This document shows, piece by piece, positions 10,967 through 22,523 of a stretch of 64,000 nt of DNA. How positions within the stretch are numbered: the stretch's first letter is position 1; every line of letters begins with the position of its first letter. The position numbers and the translations under genes were made by a program. The stretch covers positions 32,001 to 96,000 of the forward strand of contig JBIQJB010000002.1 in the NCBI GenBank assembly GCA_044507735.1, written 5' to 3'. The notes under the pieces are model-generated. The model searched no databases. It was not told where the DNA came from and saw only the letters and a list, made by a program, of their open reading frames with translations. The stretch comes from Nitrosopumilales archaeon (lineage in GTDB: Archaea > Thermoproteota > Nitrososphaeria > Nitrososphaerales > Nitrososphaeraceae).

Positions 10967-11372
10967 GTCCTTTCTAGCACAATAATGTGGAGTCTGGCTA
11001 GTTGACAGGAAAGGCACTAGGCTCAGTGGTGAACTAGGTCGCCGCCCAGCCTAGTGCTTTGATTTGCAGTGTAGCAGGATTACATCCCGTAATTGAGGCT
11101 TTATGTGTTGGTTGTCCATCTACAGAAAAAGAATGTAATAGGACATCTCCTAATTCTTATTCAGCTTTGGATTTCAATAATTGGTCGTCCTACATGATAG
11201 GTATTAGGTCATTCATAATGGCCTGCTTTGATGCCACAAAAAATTAGATGGAGTTAAAGCATGATTCCTTCTCCATATTATGGACGTTGTCATTGAGGGA
11301 TTAAAGCTAAGCCTTCCGAGGTTGGGATGTTTGAAAAAATAGGTTGGACTGTTTGCTATCTTGCGCAGGCTT

Positions 11373-12236
11373 TTACTCTACAGTCCCATTCGTTGATGGT
11401 TGCTGGTCGATTACCTGACCTGTGGTTTCCGCGCCTCCGGTATAAGGTATGACTACAACAACTACAACTTCTGTGTCGGAATTGCCACTAGGACCTGCGG
11501 TAGCAGTATTGTCAGATGTAGCACCCATTCCCTCCTCCCCGCTGATGATTGGTATGGTAACTTCTATGGGGGACGTCCATCCTTCCTCCTCTATGTTACT
11601 TCCGATTTCAAGATGCTCGATGAATGACATCAGGTCAAACATGGACATCTCGCCCCTGCCATCTCTTTCAGTCATTCCGCCGGGATTCTGGTCTTGCATC
11701 ATCATATTGCCCTGTCCAAAGCCATGGTTGGAATACATGGGCATCTCATGGCCTTTTCCCATATGTGCCTGAATCAGATTCACTAGATCTAGCTGAGTTC
11801 TGAAAGCTGCCACTGTAACTGCAGGACTTGTAGCAATGGTTGAGTCAATTTCATTGGTCGCATTCAAGAGTGCGCCAGTTGTCATGTTGTCCGCGCGTGA
11901 CAATGTGACAGTAATCGCTGTCGCATCTTCATTAAGTGAGATTGATGTTACTTTGACATCTTCTATCAGGCTGATTCCCAAGGCTCCTAAGATGGATAGT
12001 CTCCTAGATGCATCAAGCTGATCTGTCAATGAACCGGTTGTCATTTGATCAGATCCTTCTTCACCCTCTTGTGGCGCCTGAGCTAGTACGCTGGGAATGG
12101 GTGATAGACTAGCTGCCAAGGTTATTGCGAGTATTCCAAATGCGGTTCGTGTCGCAAATATTTTTTTGACTTTTTGGTGCTGATCTTGCGTGTCTCGTGT
12201 ATTCTCTTTCTCCTTCTCTTTGTCGTTTGTAGACAT
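11373..12236 (-). CDS. Secreted/membrane-anchored hypothetical protein with Met/His-rich segment
   Basis: Charged N-terminus plus hydrophobic signal; HMGKGHEMPMYSNHGFGQGNMMM stretch. Confidence 0.75.
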   Translation of the reverse strand: MSTNDKEKEKENTRDTQDQHQKVKKIFATRTAFGILAITLAASLSPIPSVLAQAPQEGEEGSDQMTTGSLTDQLDASRRLSILGALGISLIEDVKVTSISLNEDATAITVTLSRADNMTTGALLNATNEIDSTIATSPAVTVAAFRTQLDLVNLIQAHMGKGHEMPMYSNHGFGQGNMMMQDQNPGGMTERDGRGEMSMFDLMSFIEHLEIGSNIEEEGWTSPIEVTIPIISGEEGMGATSDNTATAGPSGNSDTEVVVVVVIPYTGGAETTGQVIDQQPSTNGTVE

Positions 12237-12539
12237 TTGTGGTTGATTTTGATTGGTATTGCATATATCGACTCAGTGCCAGTTTACTGAAGTTGGTAAA
12301 GCGATTTGATTTCGATAAGGGACTTTTTCAATCCAATCTTGGGATCTGCAAGTGGGCAGAGCTGGTCTCGGAATAGGGGCATTCAACAAAATCTATTTTG
12401 TATACATTGCATCAATAGTCTACTACACGACCCGTTGAAGAAATGTGGGAAAGCGGGGCAATCCCTTGCAGTTTACACGCCATGCAGGGTCTTCCCCAAT
12501 CGGAAATGAGCTCAACTGCCATTCTCAGCATACCTATTG

Positions 12540-13259
12540 TTATTGCGTATTAACAACAGCCCTCCCATCTATTCCCATCAGGATGTCTTGATGCAGCTCT
12601 GGCCAAGCTATCGCTATCAACACTAGGTATGATTTGCCATTTGTCACTCCCGGAGGAATTACAAATTCCGCGTCACGTCCTGTGTGGTCAATCGCTGTTG
12701 GAATGCGCAATTCGTCACCATTCTTTGAAAGGAGAATGACATCGACGTCTATTGGAGGCTGCAACGTTATGTTTTCAAACATGAATGTCATCTGACCACC
12801 TGCATACAATGTTAGGGTCGAATCCGACATTCCTCCAAGAGATGTTGTTGCATTTTCCGGTTGTATTATCTTCATCGTCCCTTCATTACCTGTGAAGTTG
12901 ATCAATCCAAGAGGATCAATGTCTCTAGGTTGGTGCTGTTCCGGTACGCCGGGTTGGTTGGAATCAGTAATTACTATCACTTTTGAATCTCCTGACGTTA
13001 TGTTCTCTATGAAGCTGCGAACCAGAGCATTGCGCTGTTCTTCTGCAGACGGCACAGTAGGTACTGTCTGATTGCCGCCAAACTGTGTAGCATTAGATAA
13101 TGTTGTTGCAGATTGATTGTTACCACTTGTAGCAGTAACGTTGCTTTCAGAAGCAGTTGCAGTTGCCATTGCTGTGGGTGATATGACGATGGCTCCAACG
13201 ACAGAAAGGACACCTAATGTCGCAAGAAGGGTGATTATAGCAACGCGTTTCGTTGACAT
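12540..13259 (-). CDS. Secreted hypothetical protein, Ser/Thr/Asn-rich
   Basis: Signal peptide MSTKRVAIITLLATLG; several N-x-S/T sequons; TTTAAAT upstream. Confidence 0.75.
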   Translation of the reverse strand: MSTKRVAIITLLATLGVLSVVGAIVISPTAMATATASESNVTATSGNNQSATTLSNATQFGGNQTVPTVPSAEEQRNALVRSFIENITSGDSKVIVITDSNQPGVPEQHQPRDIDPLGLINFTGNEGTMKIIQPENATTSLGGMSDSTLTLYAGGQMTFMFENITLQPPIDVDVILLSKNGDELRIPTAIDHTGRDAEFVIPPGVTNGKSYLVLIAIAWPELHQDILMGIDGRAVVNTQ

Positions 13260-14029
13260 GAGACCCTTGGTAGAACATTTTATTTAAACTGGTACTCCGA
13301 CAGCTTATGGATTAAGAGTCTCACACATGTTTATTTCCGAAATATTGGCGTCTATGTTACAGTACTTGCTTTGGATGCCATGATAGTTATCATTACATAT
13401 CTTGTTTACTCCTAAGAAAAGTCGGCATATTGTTCTAGGCGATGATATTTTATCCAACTCTGGCTTTTTGCCAATCTTCCTTCTTCCTTCCAGATCATGA
13501 CTCTCAAAGATATTGTTGGATGGCCAAAGCTGCATTGCCAAGATTACTATTTACCACAGAGCAACAAACGACCTCAATTGTAGATCATAAGATACAATGA
13601 TGTTCCGTGATGTTTGAGACAACACAAGAAATCAATTCACCCTTTTGCCAGTTGCAGCTTGTCGTGTTTTCAAGAGCCGTACATCTTCTTCATTTACGTG
13701 ATCTCGCAGCGCCAAATGGCATGCCTTCTCAAGACCATGGGCGATTGGCTTGACCCTGACGTGAAAAATGTGTTGTTTGTGAAGATCCAATTGCAGGCTA
13801 GCTGGTGATTGTCAAGACAAGATAGCTATTATATTAAGGAGCACCAGAAGTCCAGTGTTTTTAAAATCGCTTTTGAGGATCCGTCTTTGATACAATCAAT
13901 CTAAAGGAACTACTGTAACTTTTGGTACTGCGATATCTTCGGGCACACAAAATTGGAGAAAATTTTTCGCGCCAATTAATTGAAAAACGATTTTTATGCC
14001 AAACTGTAATAGGATGACGTGGCATCTTC

Positions 14030-14947
14030 GTGGCGCATATAGGAGATAGCACAGTGCAATGTCTTCATGGATTGTGCATATTGAAAGCTGACGAAGACGT
14101 ATCTATCATCTACGAAACAGTAAACAGGTTGCTGTGCGAAGGCTATGCAATCATTTATGCAATCAATGAGCGAGGAATGGGAGAGATCGACGCCAACGCT
14201 TCAAGAATCCAACTCATCAATCAAATCTACTCAAGAATGAAGCAGTCGCAGATCATTGGTGACATAGAATCTCATATCGAAAGCGGAGCGCTGACGATTG
14301 TAGACGCAAGAGACATGTACCGCTATTCTCCTTCTGAAAAGGTTGATGCTGAAAGAGTGCTAAAGCAATGGATCTCATTAATTCAAACTGTCGGGAAGAA
14401 AGGGAATTTCAAGGATGTTGCAGTTATCTCCGGCGGAGTTGAGGTATTTTCAGACGCCAATCATCTGGACGATCTTATAGCTTATGAGCGAGCAATTTCC
14501 GAGTCTGTCAACCAGTTACGCTCGCTGCGTGTAGTCTGCTGCTATTTGAAAGAATCTCTGGACGAGTTCCAATTTGCTCATTTAATGTCGATCATTAATG
14601 CTCATCAGTGCATTATTGGACACGTTGAAGATAGCGAAGAATCTAGAAAGATGGATGCTGCTGTCATGCTCGAAGCAATCGTACGTGGAATAGAAGACGC
14701 ATTAGGTGAAGGAAGTGGTAAATTGATAATTCAGACAATGAAGACAGTTTATAGAATCGATGAGGATACCATCCTGTCTAATCCCAATCTGTTCCAAGAA
14801 AAGATGCAACGACTGCTCGGTAACACATCAAGAATCGTTCTTGATTCTGCTAACAGGAGGATTAAAGAAATGCTTCTTGTAGCAGGACTCTCGACGATGA
14901 TGGTCATGGCCACTATGTTTTCTTCAGTGGTAACAAATATGGGATAA
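14030..14947 (+). CDS. MEDS-domain sensory protein with C-terminal thaumarchaeal output-like domain
   Basis: IESGALTIVDA, LIAYERAI, VVCCY, INAH typical of MEDS; C-terminal ALGEGSGKLII...NPNLF..KMQRLLG. Confidence 0.75.
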   Translation: MAHIGDSTVQCLHGLCILKADEDVSIIYETVNRLLCEGYAIIYAINERGMGEIDANASRIQLINQIYSRMKQSQIIGDIESHIESGALTIVDARDMYRYSPSEKVDAERVLKQWISLIQTVGKKGNFKDVAVISGGVEVFSDANHLDDLIAYERAISESVNQLRSLRVVCCYLKESLDEFQFAHLMSIINAHQCIIGHVEDSEESRKMDAAVMLEAIVRGIEDALGEGSGKLIIQTMKTVYRIDEDTILSNPNLFQEKMQRLLGNTSRIVLDSANRRIKEMLLVAGLSTMMVMATMFSSVVTNMG

Positions 14948-15305
14948 GAGGTCGCCTTGATGTGCTTATCCCTTCATTCAAGAGTTCTCAACAGGAATGC
15001 TAGTGTGAATAAGCTCTATAGATTCAACTTACAAGATCCGAGAATCACTCGATTTCACGTAATGCATGCCGGAGGATAAGAATGATACAACAGTAGCGTT
15101 CCCGGTTTCACAAGGCTACAAGACAATTACAGAAACGCTCTCTATTCTTGCCTTCAGCGTCCTACAACAACTTTTTCACTAACCTACTCACACTGGAAAA
15201 ATGCGAGAGACCTTCTGCCTAGATTATCATAGCTCTCATTATTTAACAATGTATATCAGGAAGTATTTGTATTAGATTGAGATCTAGGAGGAGGAATGTG
15301 GCGCC

Positions 15306-15893
15306 GTGGGGACCGGGATGAAAATTCTCATTGCAGAAGATGAGCCCGATATAGCACGATCCTATAAATTAACTCTGGAAGAGAGGGGGCATAGTGTACT
15401 ATTAGCAAGTGATGGGGTGGACTGCCTTGCAAAATACCAGGATGAGTGGTTGAAGATTCGAAATACTCAGGATCTTGACCGATTTGGAATCGAAATGCCT
15501 TTTGAAATTGACAACGATCATCCATTCCATGCAATCATCCTTGACTACAAGATGCCAAAGATGGATGGTCTTGAAGTCGCCAAGGAAATACTGGCAATCA
15601 ATCCGCACCAGAGGATAATCTTCGCGTCTGCCTACTTGAAAGAGACGTTGGAAATCTCGACAAGTAGCCTCGCCCCAGAGTTGATGCAGAAGCCTTTCGA
15701 TGAGCAAGCACTGATAGACAGAGTAGAAGATGCTAGTATTTACAGTGAATTGAAGAAACTGGGTGTTGATGCCGACGCACTAAAAGCAGTAAACCCTTCG
15801 CACGAAATAATAAAACAACTCCTGGATAACATACGACGACTGCAAGAAAGTCTAGGACCGAGAAGTGATAGCGATGTATCAATGACACAATGA
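15306..15893 (+). CDS. Response regulator (REC plus C-terminal NitrOD1-like domain)
   Basis: KILIAEDE, IILDYKMPKMDG, IIFASA, KPF; C-terminal IYSELKKLGVD...NPSHE. Confidence 0.9.
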   Translation: MGTGMKILIAEDEPDIARSYKLTLEERGHSVLLASDGVDCLAKYQDEWLKIRNTQDLDRFGIEMPFEIDNDHPFHAIILDYKMPKMDGLEVAKEILAINPHQRIIFASAYLKETLEISTSSLAPELMQKPFDEQALIDRVEDASIYSELKKLGVDADALKAVNPSHEIIKQLLDNIRRLQESLGPRSDSDVSMTQ

Positions 15894-15944
15894 CGTATTT
15901 GACTTTTCTGGGATTGATTCGTTCAGCATGTTCCTCATCCAGTC

Positions 15945-17732
15945 TTAATCTGCTTCTTGTTCTGCATCCACTGACGCCGAAGGATATGTAGCCTTGGTTG
16001 GGAGGCTGAACCAGAATGTCGCTCCCTTGTCCTTGTTGTTCTCTACACCAATGCGGCCACCATGAGCTTCAATGATGCTTCTTGATATGTATAGTCCCAG
16101 GCCAAATCCCTTGTCTGATTTCATTGAAGGCTTTGTGAAGAGATGAGAAAGCACCTCTTTAGAAATGCCCGGACCACTATCTCTTACTGACACTGTTGCC
16201 AAGTCTCCTTCCTTTGTTGCGGAAATCCATATACTGCCTCCTTGCGACGAATATGTTAATGCATTTTTGAGTAGGTTGGTAATCACCTGAAAAATTCTTA
16301 TTGGATCTGCACGAATCATGATTGGCTCATTTTTTGGTTCAAAGATTACTTGACGGTCCTCTACAACGTAATGGTAGCAGCCCATTTCTTGGCTATTGTA
16401 GTTGACGATGCTACTGCTTGCATCACTTCTTGAGGGCCTTTCGTCATCAATTGTATTCAATACGATGTCTCCTATTGTGTCGTTCACGTTGAAAAGTTCC
16501 GGGTTTATCCTTAGAATTTTGCTTTCGATCCTTGCCACATCCAAAATATCTTCTGTCAATCTTTGGAGACGAATGGCGCTTCGGGCCACTATATCGATAC
16601 GTTCATTTTCTGGCATCTTTCTCTTGAGTGCCTTTGCATTCATTAGTATTGGTTGGATGGGTGTCCTCAATTCGTGAGCTGCCATGTTGATAAATTGCTG
16701 CTGAGCGCGGTCGTGATCCTTGAGTCGTTCATACATCTCCGTTTGCTTCCAGAGACTTTCAAAAATTGCAGAATAAGATGATGCGATCGACTCGCTATTT
16801 GAATATGTGGCTATGCCTGATGCTTGATACGGATCGTCGGCATTGTCATCGTGAACCTCCCAAACCATCACCTCCTTTCTATCTATTATCATAATAGTTA
16901 TCCTTGTTTGTAGATCCTTATCCGATATTCTGAGTTGTATTCTTGAGTTTTCTGATAAAACCTTGGTTGCGATTTTTTCAGTCTGCTCCCCAGAACTGGG
17001 GGTTAGCAGCCTTATCTTCACAGATTCATTCTTTCGCAGTATCTGAGCATAAATATCGGGAGCAAGACTCATGGACAGTTCAAAAACATGAGGAGTGGCA
17101 AAAATCACCATTACTTCTTTCTTGGCACGTTTCATGATTTCAAAAGCACGTTCTACTGATTCCCTTGGATCAAAAATGACATCTATACGTGTGGGCTTTA
17201 TCTCCTTTTCAATTTCGAGCACTCGCTGTTCTATGGGTATTGCCTTGTTCCATAGTGTATCAAAGAGGTATTGGTTTTGATCTACTAGTACTCTGACATT
17301 GCTGTAAATGACCTGTGTGAGTGGCTTTCCTTTCTCGAGTGTTGCAGCTGTAGCCATGTATGCATTTTCGCTTACAGCCAGTCCCCCCTTTACGTTATCA
17401 AGGTGTCTAAGTTCAGTGACGAGCTTTGAGAGCTTTTTGCAATAGTCCAAATTTTCTCGTGTAACCTCGGTGATAACTCTTATCTTACCTCCCCGTTCTA
17501 GTACTCCAAGATATCCCTCCCTATACGCATCAACTTCCACAACTATGGAGGGCGCATTTTGGTCATAGCACAAATCCATCTCCCGCCTTACAGCGGCCAT
17601 GAATTCAATGCCTTTGCCTACTGCATTTTCAATGCCATAAAGAACTTCAGTCTTTTCATTAGCAATATCGCGCCGGTGGTTCACATCAAATGCGCTATCG
17701 ACCACGTAATGAGAATAGGTTTCCTCTTGCAA
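15945..17732 (-). CDS. Cytoplasmic sensor histidine kinase with tandem TrmB/PLD-like N-terminal domains
   Basis: AAHELRTPIQP H-box, NLLKNA, DSGPG, GFGLGL, HGG; N-terminal ELRHLD...FDTLW and FESLW repeats. Confidence 0.92.
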   Translation of the reverse strand: MQEETYSHYVVDSAFDVNHRRDIANEKTEVLYGIENAVGKGIEFMAAVRREMDLCYDQNAPSIVVEVDAYREGYLGVLERGGKIRVITEVTRENLDYCKKLSKLVTELRHLDNVKGGLAVSENAYMATAATLEKGKPLTQVIYSNVRVLVDQNQYLFDTLWNKAIPIEQRVLEIEKEIKPTRIDVIFDPRESVERAFEIMKRAKKEVMVIFATPHVFELSMSLAPDIYAQILRKNESVKIRLLTPSSGEQTEKIATKVLSENSRIQLRISDKDLQTRITIMIIDRKEVMVWEVHDDNADDPYQASGIATYSNSESIASSYSAIFESLWKQTEMYERLKDHDRAQQQFINMAAHELRTPIQPILMNAKALKRKMPENERIDIVARSAIRLQRLTEDILDVARIESKILRINPELFNVNDTIGDIVLNTIDDERPSRSDASSSIVNYNSQEMGCYHYVVEDRQVIFEPKNEPIMIRADPIRIFQVITNLLKNALTYSSQGGSIWISATKEGDLATVSVRDSGPGISKEVLSHLFTKPSMKSDKGFGLGLYISRSIIEAHGGRIGVENNKDKGATFWFSLPTKATYPSASVDAEQEAD

Positions 17733-18551
17733 TATTTAATACTCTCTATTAGCTCAAACGTTTCTTCTAGTTTTTTGTCAGTTTGGATTAGCGGAACTTT
17801 GCCTTTGATGTATTGATGGAACTTAACCAGAAGAATCATGCGAAGAAGGACCTAAACACTAATCACGAATCTGAAAAAGCCAAGGCAGCGGTGTAACGAG
17901 CTATCCTCCAACTGAAAACCTCAATCCTTCAAGGCTGGCGTGTTGGGTGCTCGCGAAGCATGGCTGTTTTTTTCTCTATAACGTACTAGCGGTTGTGATC
18001 GATGGTTGGAGAATGGCAACCAGTAAAAGGTTTTCATGCCTGAGAATGGCGCAAGGCATTATACGCTTGTCATGCTCTTCTGGACATAGGGGAGCAAGAA
18101 GAAAGTCTGGTTCATCTTCAGCCCTGTGCAAATAGTGGAAGGTGAACCGATGAGTTCAAGGTTTCCACTTGTCAAATATCACGCGCAGTACGCAATACGC
18201 TGCCAGGAGGTACGGAGAGACAGAAAGGTCGTATTTTTTCTCTAGAAGAGTACCACGCACCTCAGCACGACACTCTGCGGGTCAAAAGCTCATCCGGCAG
18301 CCCCCGATGCTAAAAATAAAGTCGCTCCCAAAAAAATGGAGGTGCCAAACCTCAACTCCGTCGGAGTAGCTGCGTACATACCAATAATGGTGTCCATCAA
18401 GATACTGATAACACCGATTCAGAAACGAGCGCGGGTTCCTAAGAAAATATTCGCCTGAGCTGTGGGATTCGACTCTCCTTGCTATTATCAGAATCTGCAG
18501 ATGAACGGCAATCATGAAGCAGAGCAACTATCAGAAGTTGTCTTTTGACAG

Positions 18552-20102
18552 CTACTTGGCGCGATCTTGTTTCTGATCTAGTTGCTCTATACTATTGCCT
18601 ACAGCAACGCCCTTTGATCTATACCGAGACATCAGGAGGAGCGATACGAGGAGGAAGATGCCGGAAATGCCAAAGGTCGTGCCATAGCCGAATCTCGCTA
18701 CAAATTCTCCGATACAAAGTGATCCTAAAAGTGCTCCTCCGCCCGTAACACTTGAGCTTACTCCCAGCATTTTTCCTTTCTTGCCGCTTGCTTTTGGGGC
18801 GTCATTTTTCGAGAGAGTCATTACTCTTCCAAATAACAGAGAGTTGGTCGTAGTGTGCCACATAGTGAATCCAATTTGCAATGCAACGAAGGAAATTGCT
18901 GATGCAACCAATAGGAAGGCAGAATTTCCCGATAGCATGCTAGCTGCTACAACTATGATTCCGATACCAACAAGCCTAGGCCAATATGACCATGAGGTTG
19001 CCTTGATTGCGCCCCCTAGGCGACTAACAAACTGGTTGTTGAAGGGTAACAATGCGATTTTGGAAAGGTGAAGAACGGCAGTTGCAATGAACACCTCCGC
19101 ATCCGATATGCCATTATCTTTTAGGAATGGCGTATAGGGCCCAAATAGCATGGCAGCAGATATGTAAAAGAAGAGAGTCGATCCAAGTAGCAATAATAAT
19201 CCCCTTTCCATATTCTGGGTACTTGCCTTCCAGTGAAACAACAATGATGATAGAACTGGTGACGAACTCTTCTTTCCTTTCATTTTCTCATCGATTGTTT
19301 TGTAGTCTTTACATTCCTTGGTAGCGACATCCTTGTTCCCGTCCCTGCACCCCATTGAATATTGAGTAAGACTTGCTATCACTCGCACGAATGTGTGATA
19401 CAAGATGGCAGAGGGCAAGATCTTCAGAATTCTTGACAAGTCCTGAAATACATCCCGTTGTTTTGGTCTTGCAACCTCCTCCAACCTAGCTCCTCGCAGA
19501 AGAACTGATGCCATAGCAATCGATATGCCTGCAAAAGCAATCGATGCAAAAGCCAGCGACCTCGTTTCGAATGAATAGTTCAGCCACAAGTATCCTGTGA
19601 GCATAGACAGTACGGCACCGGAAGAGCTCAGTAGCACGCTAGAGCTGAGAAGTCTTACCCACGAATCACTCTTGGCATTTTCCATCACCAAGGTATTCAA
19701 GGAAACTGCGGATCCTATGCTAAAGAAGCCCACCAGTGCAGAGAACAAGAGCAAAAGATGGATATCAGAATCCAGTAACAAAATTAATGCACCAACACCA
19801 GACATTCCTGCCAAGCAAAGGAGCACCAATGCCCTGCGCCAATGGGTAGCATCTGAGAGCTTGCCCCAGAAAAAGGCCCCGATCATCATTGCCAAGTTCG
19901 TAAGAAAAATAGCGAAAGCTATGTCCTTGACAGTGCCTCCGAGCTGAAGCATGTATAATGGAATTATCGTTGTTAGAGAGCTTGCGCTCGCATCCGTTCC
20001 AATCAAGTACCACATCCACCTTGGTGGTTCAAACGTGGCAGATGACGGGACGAATCGATGTATGCTATGAAGTGATGATGATATAATGGATGCCTTGCAC
20101 AC
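18552..20102 (-). CDS. MFS transporter
   Basis: About 12 hydrophobic segments; FWGKLSDATHWRR MFS loop motif. Confidence 0.85.
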   Translation of the reverse strand: MCKASIISSSLHSIHRFVPSSATFEPPRWMWYLIGTDASASSLTTIIPLYMLQLGGTVKDIAFAIFLTNLAMMIGAFFWGKLSDATHWRRALVLLCLAGMSGVGALILLLDSDIHLLLLFSALVGFFSIGSAVSLNTLVMENAKSDSWVRLLSSSVLLSSSGAVLSMLTGYLWLNYSFETRSLAFASIAFAGISIAMASVLLRGARLEEVARPKQRDVFQDLSRILKILPSAILYHTFVRVIASLTQYSMGCRDGNKDVATKECKDYKTIDEKMKGKKSSSPVLSSLLFHWKASTQNMERGLLLLLGSTLFFYISAAMLFGPYTPFLKDNGISDAEVFIATAVLHLSKIALLPFNNQFVSRLGGAIKATSWSYWPRLVGIGIIVVAASMLSGNSAFLLVASAISFVALQIGFTMWHTTTNSLLFGRVMTLSKNDAPKASGKKGKMLGVSSSVTGGGALLGSLCIGEFVARFGYGTTFGISGIFLLVSLLLMSRYRSKGVAVGNSIEQLDQKQDRAK

Positions 20103-20518
20103 TTTGTTCCTTACGGCACAGCAACACTAGTTTTTGCTGCTGTTTCTTAGTCCCTCTCAACAGTAATTGGATAATACACACCTATAACATGATCCCTTAA
20201 AATATAACGCTAAGTCCAGATGCCACACGATTAATAATCAAATGATTATACGATTGCGGGTCAAGAATTGTAGATCATTGCTCAATATCTCCAAGAATTA
20301 GCCACTTTTATTCTTCAAAAGACTAAGCAGCAAGATCACTATTCACAAAAATGCAGTTCACGATACTTGTGTCATACATAGATGATTATTATATCTTGAA
20401 TCCTGTCTTCCTCCTTCCACTCGCTTTTTTGCTGGTGGGGTGAGTTATCGTATTCTTGCCCTTGCTAAATAACCAAGTTCAGGTGAAGTATCAGAAAATC
20501 CATGAAAACTCCGATATC

Positions 20519-20926
20519 TTATTTTTCCTGATTCGACAATGGTGTGCTGTTACTGATGCATGTATCCATTTCATCCAACATTGCATCAATTTTTTTCTTG
20601 ATCACAGGCTCAATTGCATAGCCAATATGTTCGCCCACCTCCCTTCCTTGACAATAAAACTTTAGCGTAGGTGTTCCATCTATCGATATCTTCTCCAGCA
20701 GCTCTTGGTTTTGCGGCTCGTCTACCATTAGTTTTAGAAAGGAGAGATTGCCTTCATACTGGTCGGACAGCTTACTATACAGTGGATCCAACATCATGCA
20801 GAACCCGCAGTATGCAGCACTAAAGTTTACTACAACTGGCTTTTTGGAGTTGATAACTTTCTGTTCCCACGTTTTCGCAGTTACCTTTTCTACAGCCATC
20901 TTCCCATATGCAACAAGAGTGCTCAT
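20519..20926 (-). CDS. Thioredoxin family protein
   Basis: PVVVNFSAAYCGFC, GTPTLKFY. Confidence 0.9.
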   Translation of the reverse strand: MSTLVAYGKMAVEKVTAKTWEQKVINSKKPVVVNFSAAYCGFCMMLDPLYSKLSDQYEGNLSFLKLMVDEPQNQELLEKISIDGTPTLKFYCQGREVGEHIGYAIEPVIKKKIDAMLDEMDTCISNSTPLSNQEK

Positions 20927-21264
20927 GACAATTAAGAATTCAACTTCTTGTCAATCGTCTGCATTGTAGCATCTGTCTCCCAAGGTACATGCAGCATAAG
21001 TGCATATACTGTAAGTGGTAGTTTAGTGGGTAATTCCTTGACGGGCATGAGTATTGGGCTTTTTTGCTCATTTTACTCGCATTCTTGCAGTGCATGCGTG
21101 TTGGCTTGCAACATCAATGATCAATTTTCTTCTACACTACTGCGACTGCTATTATAGCTGCAGGCTATTGCGACCTTTTGACTGCTAAATCCCTTTTTGC
21201 CAGACCTTCATTACAATGGAGTATTGAGAATCAACTGCCGCTGCGACAAACGTAACCAAACTGT

Positions 21265-21744
21265 CTACAGGTCTGATCTCTCTTCGGCTTGAATGGCTTC
21301 CAAGATTCTTGCACTGACTTCATTCATGTCGATGTTGGCCCGCAGGTACCTGTTGAGGTCACTTGGCGCAACGATTCCCACTGGTTTTCTGCTCTGGCCG
21401 TCTACCACAAGCAGATGTCTGACCTTGTTGCTCAGCATTAAATCTGCTGCAGTCTCGACAGTTGCATGTCCTTCTACCGTTGCAACAGGCGAGGACAATA
21501 TTTCTCTGACGCTTACTTCTTTAGCGTTCAATCCTTCGGCGCATACGCGATTAACAAGATCTCTTTCTGTGACTATCCCTACTGGACTCTCTCCCTTGTC
21601 CTTGTCTGCAATCAGAAGTGAGCTGATATGCATTTCTCTCATTTTTTTGGCAGCTTCTTGGGCATTTTCTTTGATGTCTATTGTTACCAATTCTGACGAC
21701 ATTATTTCGCTTACAGCGTTCTTCATGAACGAGTATGCTTGCAA
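21265..21744 (-). CDS. CBS-domain pair protein
   Basis: VSEIMS...PVGIVTERDL...VRHLLVVD...PVGIV. Confidence 0.92.
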   Translation of the reverse strand: MQAYSFMKNAVSEIMSSELVTIDIKENAQEAAKKMREMHISSLLIADKDKGESPVGIVTERDLVNRVCAEGLNAKEVSVREILSSPVATVEGHATVETAADLMLSNKVRHLLVVDGQSRKPVGIVAPSDLNRYLRANIDMNEVSARILEAIQAEERSDL

Positions 21745-22523
21745 TCTATTCTATAATAGAATATCCACAACTGCGCGATGACATGATTTCATGCAACTAC
21801 ATATTCATTCGAGTTTGCAGGGTTTTTCATCATGAAGTAAATCACAATAATTGCAATTCCAAATGCAACTAGTAAGAGGTGATTGAAGGAACAAATACAA
21901 GGTGAAAAACCGACGATTCCAAGGATGCTCTGTAGTGGGTAGGGTGGTAACTGCCATGAAGTGGATGACGGCAAAAATACAATCGTCGTATGAACGGAAA
22001 TGACGTAATGTGAATGTGGAGATACTGGGTTTATGTATTCAAGAGACAAGGGAAACAGATGTTGGGTCAATGGGGTAAAAGCAGTTCTCGCCAACCTGGC
22101 TACGGCGATGTTCTTCGGCATCCTATATTCTTGCTACCTAATTCTTACAGGTAGATGTGGGACTGAGATGCAGTTGCCAGATCAACTATCGAGCTTGTGG
22201 CAAATGTGGCATAGACTGTATCTCCTCTCGAAATAATAGCTGATATTGCAATTGGCAGAAATGGCGGAGGCAAATCGCCCATGGAAAAGTCACAGAGCTG
22301 GAAATGATATGGGATGGTACATCGACAAATTGATACACTATTGTGGATACTCTTACACAGCATCGGATTCCCAATATGTTACTCGTACACTCCAACTTCC
22401 AGGGCAAGTAACACAAAAGATAACTGTCTACTTTTTGTTACACTGAGCATTGCTCGAAAAGTGTATCACTTAGCTGACAAGCATCGCCTCTCATGGATTT
22501 GAATAGTCAGAAGCAATATTCTT

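Noticed and set aside
21789-22502. Overlapping short ORFs, possibly a decayed membrane protein gene
   Set aside because: No coherent frame or motif.
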